Source: an uncultured Chloroflexia bacterium (GTDB taxonomy: Bacteria; Chloroflexota; Anaerolineae; JAAYZQ01). From it: 64,000 nt of DNA. The translations under genes and the position numbers were made by a program. Where the stretch lies: the NCBI GenBank assembly GCA_963700285.1, contig CAVOXA010000010.1:1952001-2016000 (forward strand), read 5' to 3'. Below, piece by piece: positions 60,349 to 64,000 of this stretch (position 1 is the first letter of the stretch; each line of letters opens with the position of its first letter). The notes beneath the pieces were generated by a model. It did not search any database. It saw only the letters and a list, made by a program, of their open reading frames with translations, and had not been told where the DNA came from.

Positions 60349-61050
60349 ATGAATCTGAAGGGCAAGATTGTCGATCTGAGCCAGGAGATCTATACTGGGA
60401 TGCCGGTCTATCCCGGCCATCTCAAGACGGTCATCTTTACCCACGTCTCCCACGAGGAGAGCCAGCGCCAACTCGGCACTGACTTTTCCTACCAGGCCAG
60501 CGGCATCCTGATGTGCGACCACGGGCCAACCCACATCGACTCTGTCAGCCACCTGTCCCGCGACCCCGATGCGCCCTCGGTGGACGAGATCCCGCTGGAG
60601 CACTGCATCACCTCCGCCATCTGCATCGACGTGAGCGACGTGCCACGCCAGGCCCAGTTCGGCGCGGACAAGATCGAGGCCGAGCTGGAGCGCTGGGGGC
60701 TCGACATCCGCCCTGGCGACACGGTGCTGTTCTACACCGGCCACTATGACCGCTTCTACGGCACGCCCGAGTACATGACCCACCAGCCGGGCCTGACCCG
60801 CGATGCCACCGAGTTCATCATCGACCAGGGCGCCATCAACTTTGGCGTGGATTGCACCAGCCCCGACATGTTCCTGGACAAGACCTACCCCTGCCACACC
60901 GTCTGCGCCGAGCGCCAGGTGACCCACATCGAGAACCTGTGCAACCTGGACAAACTGGTCGGCAAGCGCTTCACCTTTGTCGCCCTGCCGCTCAAGATCC
61001 GCAAGGGCACCGGCTCGCCGCTGCGGGCGGTCGCCATCCTGGACGACTAG
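60349..61050 (+). CDS. Cyclase/kynurenine formamidase-family hydrolase
   Basis: 'DLSQEIY', 'DHGPTHIDSVSH', 'HIENLCNL', 'LPLKIRKGTGSPLRAVA'. Confidence 0.92.
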   Translation: MNLKGKIVDLSQEIYTGMPVYPGHLKTVIFTHVSHEESQRQLGTDFSYQASGILMCDHGPTHIDSVSHLSRDPDAPSVDEIPLEHCITSAICIDVSDVPRQAQFGADKIEAELERWGLDIRPGDTVLFYTGHYDRFYGTPEYMTHQPGLTRDATEFIIDQGAINFGVDCTSPDMFLDKTYPCHTVCAERQVTHIENLCNLDKLVGKRFTFVALPLKIRKGTGSPLRAVAILDD

Positions 61051-61148
61051 CCTGACCGCAAAAATGACGTGGCTGCCTGGGCATCCGCGCATGGTGAGCC
61101 CGCCATTCTGGCTCGCCCACGTCGCTGCAGAGGGCAGGGAGTTCGACC

Positions 61149-61916
61149 ATGAGGTTCCCCGATTTCCGCCTGACCGACAAGATCGCCATCGTGACCGGCG
61201 CCAGCAAGGGGCTCGGCCAGGGCACGGCCCTGGCCCTGGCCGAATGCTGGCGCCCACGTCGTCGTCACCAGCCGCGACCTGGAGCGGGCCGAGCCGGTCG
61301 CCGCCGAGATCCGTGAGCTGGGCCGCGAGGCGCTGCCCCTGGCCCTGGAGGTTCGCGATCGCTGGACAGCATCGAGGCCATGGTCCAGGCGACGCTGGCT
61401 CGCTTTGGCCGCATCGACATCCTGGTCAACAACGCCGGCATCAACATCCCCGAGCCGGCCCTGGAGGTGAGCGAGGAGCATTGGGACCGCGTGCTGGACA
61501 TCAACCTCAAGGGGCTGTTCTTCTGCGCCCAGAAGGTGGGCCAGGTCATGGTCGAACAGGGCCGGGGCAAAATCATCAACATCGGCTCGCAGATGGGTTT
61601 CGTCGGCGGCAAGCTGCGGGCGGCCTATTGCTCCAGCAAGGGCGGCGTCGTGCAGTTGACCAAGGCCCTGGCCATCGAATGGGCGCCGCACGGCGTCAAC
61701 GTCAACGGCGTGGCGCCCACCTTTCTCGAGACGCCCTTTACCGCCGCCATGTTCGAGAACCAAGAGTTCTACGAGGAGGTGGTGGGCAATATTCTGTTTG
61801 GCCGGCTGGGACGAGTTGAGGATGTGCTGGGAGCCATCGTCTTTCTGGCCTCTCCTGCCTCCGACCTGATCACCGGCCATACTCTCCTCGTGGACGGCGG
61901 CTGGACAGCGAAATAG
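61149..61916 (+). CDS. SDR, KduD-like, frameshifted
   Basis: 'TGASKGLG', 'NNAG', 'YCSSKGG', 'VDGGWTA'. Confidence 0.88.
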
Positions 61917-62065
61917 CCCAAAAGGGCGAATGATGAACACTTGTCCGAAAAGGCCCCAGCCCTCCGTTCCCAAATGGACTGCGCCCTTGCGGGCGAAACT
62001 TGCCCCAGGACAAGGGCTCTGGGCGAGTTTACGGCTAGTCCATAGATCTCAACTGGAGGTGCAGT

Positions 62066-63351
62066 TTGAGCGCAGAATTCGAAACCATCATCCCCTTGAT
62101 GATGGCCAAACTGAAATTTGGCCTTGGGGCGACGGAAGAATTGGGCTACGAACTGAAGGCGATGGGCGCCGAGAAGGTTCTGCTCGTCGCCGACAGGCAC
62201 CTGTGGGCCCTCGGCCTGGTGGACAAGGTCAAGACGATCATCGAGGACGAGGGCATCGCACTCACCATCTATGACCAGATCCACATCGAGCCGACTGACG
62301 TCTCGTTCCGCCACGCCATCGAGTTTTCCCAGGGCGTGGAGGTGGACGCCTTTGTGGCCCTGGGCGGCGGCAGCACCATCGACACGGCCAAGGCCATGAA
62401 CCTGTTCTCCACCTACCCCGCCGACCTGTACGACTACATCAACAAGCCCATCGGCAAGGGCAAGCCTGTTCCCGGTCCGCTGCGGCCGATGATCGCCCTG
62501 CCCACCACCGCCGGCACCGGCAGCCGAGACGACGGCCGTCCTCGTCCTCGACCTGCTCGACCTGCATCTCAAGACCGGCATCTCGCACCAGAACATGCCG
62601 GCCGACGATGGCCATCGTCGATCCGCTGAACACGCTGACCACCTCGCCCGAGGTGACGGCGTCGAGCGGCCTGGATGTGTTTACCCACGCCGCCGAGTCG
62701 TTCACCATCAAGCCCTACAACATGCGGCCCAAGCCGGCCAGCCCGGCACAGCGCGGCGCCTACGTCGGCGCCAACCCCATCTCGGATCTGTGGAGCGAGA
62801 AGGCCATCGACTGGGCGGGCGCCTACCTGCGGCGGGCATGCTACAACGGCAACGACCTGGAAGCCCGGACCCACATGGCCATGGGCTCGACCTTTGCCGG
62901 CATCGGCTACGGCAACGCCGGCGTGCACATCCCCCACGCCCTGGGTTATCCCATCGCCGGGCTGGCAAAGGGCTGGATGCCGGATGGCTTTGGCGTTGAC
63001 GAGCCGATGGTGCCCCACGGCATCTCGACAGCTCTGACGGCGCCGGCCTGTTTTCGCTTCACCGCGCCCACGAACCCGGAAAAGCATGCCCGCATCGCCA
63101 AGCTGCTGGGCGTCCACACGGAGGGCTTGTCGGCGAGCGATGTAGCTATGCTGCTGCCAGACGCCATCATCCGTCTGCTGCACGACGTCGGCTGTCCCAA
63201 TGGCCTGTCCGCCGTGGGCTATACAACAGAAGACATACCAAAGATGGTCGAAGGGGGATGGAAGCAGCAGCGGTTGCTGGTGGGAAGCCCGCGCCCGGTC
63301 ACAGAGAGAGACCTCCGCCGGATCCTGGAAGAATCGATGATTCTGTGGTAG
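62066..63351 (+). CDS. Hydroxyacid-oxoacid transhydrogenase (iron-containing ADH family), frameshifted
   Basis: 'EPTDVSF', 'GGGSTIDTAKA', 'PIGKGKPVPGPL', 'FAGIGYGNAGVHIPHA', 'VPHG'. Confidence 0.88.
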
Positions 63352-63461
63352 GGAGCAACGTTCTTTGGTCAGAGGGTAAGCCGAACTGCGGGAAACAACT
63401 CTTGAGAGTATTGGTCCAGGGGACTTGTTGGGGCGAGTAGCCATGCTGCCCCGGCCTGAGG

Positions 63462-64000
63462 TCAGCCCCTCATGGTTGGACTGCTCGCCGAATCGAGACG
63501 CTGCCTCACGCGTGCAGCCCAGGCAGGATCCTTTTCGGGATCCCGTTGATCCGTTGGGACAGTGTCGCCGGCTTCTTCTGTTCCCAGCGCCGGCGGACGG
63601 ATGCGCTGCCGTCTCACCGGGCGTATGGCCGCCACCGAGGACAGGACGCTGGCCAGGTGTTCCAGACTGGCCAGGTTGTGCACGGGAAGAAAATCGTCCA
63701 CGCAAGGCATCACCGTGGCCATCCCCCGCTGAATCGGTTGGAATTGGTCCGAGCCCTTGAGCGGATTAAGCCAGATCAGCCGGTAGGACGAATGCTGCAA
63801 TCGGACCATCTCTTTGAATAGCAGTTGCAGATCACCCCGGTCCCATCCGTCGCTGATGATGAGGACCACTGCTCCGCGCCCCAGTACCCGCCGTGCCCAT
63901 TGAAAATTGAAGGCTTTGAGGGTCTCACCGATGCGAGTCCCTCCCGACCAATCGCGCACGACGGCGCCCAGTTCGTTTAGCGACTCATCCACATCCTTGT
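63462..64000 (-). CDS. CoxE-like VWA-domain protein, 3' part only
   Basis: 'DWSGGTRIG', 'IISDGWD', 'IWLNPL', 'HNLASL'. Confidence 0.9.
   Translation of the reverse strand, partial: KDVDESLNELGAVVRDWSGGTRIGETLKAFNFQWARRVLGRGAVVLIISDGWDRGDLQLLFKEMVRLQHSSYRLIWLNPLKGSDQFQPIQRGMATVMPCVDDFLPVHNLASLEHLASVLSSVAAIRPVRRQRIRPPALGTEEAGDTVPTDQRDPEKDPAWAARVRQRLDSASSPTMRG

Noticed and set aside
36200-62600. Programmed ribosomal frameshifting in island genes
   Set aside because: Indels are numerous, irregularly placed and lack consistent slippery sites; sequencing error is the simpler explanation.

Overview
GC-rich bacterial chromosomal segment, probably Chloroflexota/Anaerolineae (inferred from a 'VFLPLIAQ' secreted-protein motif, heptamer/palindromic intergenic repeats and gene content). 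Single-base indels cluster at about 0.5-1.7, 36-42 and 48.7-62.6 kb and look like long-read consensus errors. 1-8 kb holds a decayed UPF0175/DUF3368 toxin-antitoxin pair, sugar catabolism genes, DinB and several gene remnants. 8-32.7 kb is mostly clean housekeeping/accessory sequence: an XDH-family Mo enzyme, a RarA-methyltransferase fusion, a P-type ATPase, dtd, an IscA/ErpA-family carrier and a pyrF-pyrE fusion. It also encodes a full-length eukaryote/Thaumarchaeota-type DNA topoisomerase IB inside an ordinary bacterial gene run. 32.8-63.4 kb is a ~30 kb catabolic island of unknown substrate: a form IV RuBisCO-like protein, a four-subunit NdhFSLM-type Mo hydroxylase, two Tm-1-like + UroD-like gene pairs, two lactonases, two cyclases, BKACE, split transketolase and two GntR regulators. 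Five copies of an ATCGATA-repeat candidate operator lie beside sigma70-like promoters across the island. I saw no tRNA, rRNA, CRISPR array or transposase. All assignments come from motif recognition by eye; no database searches were run.
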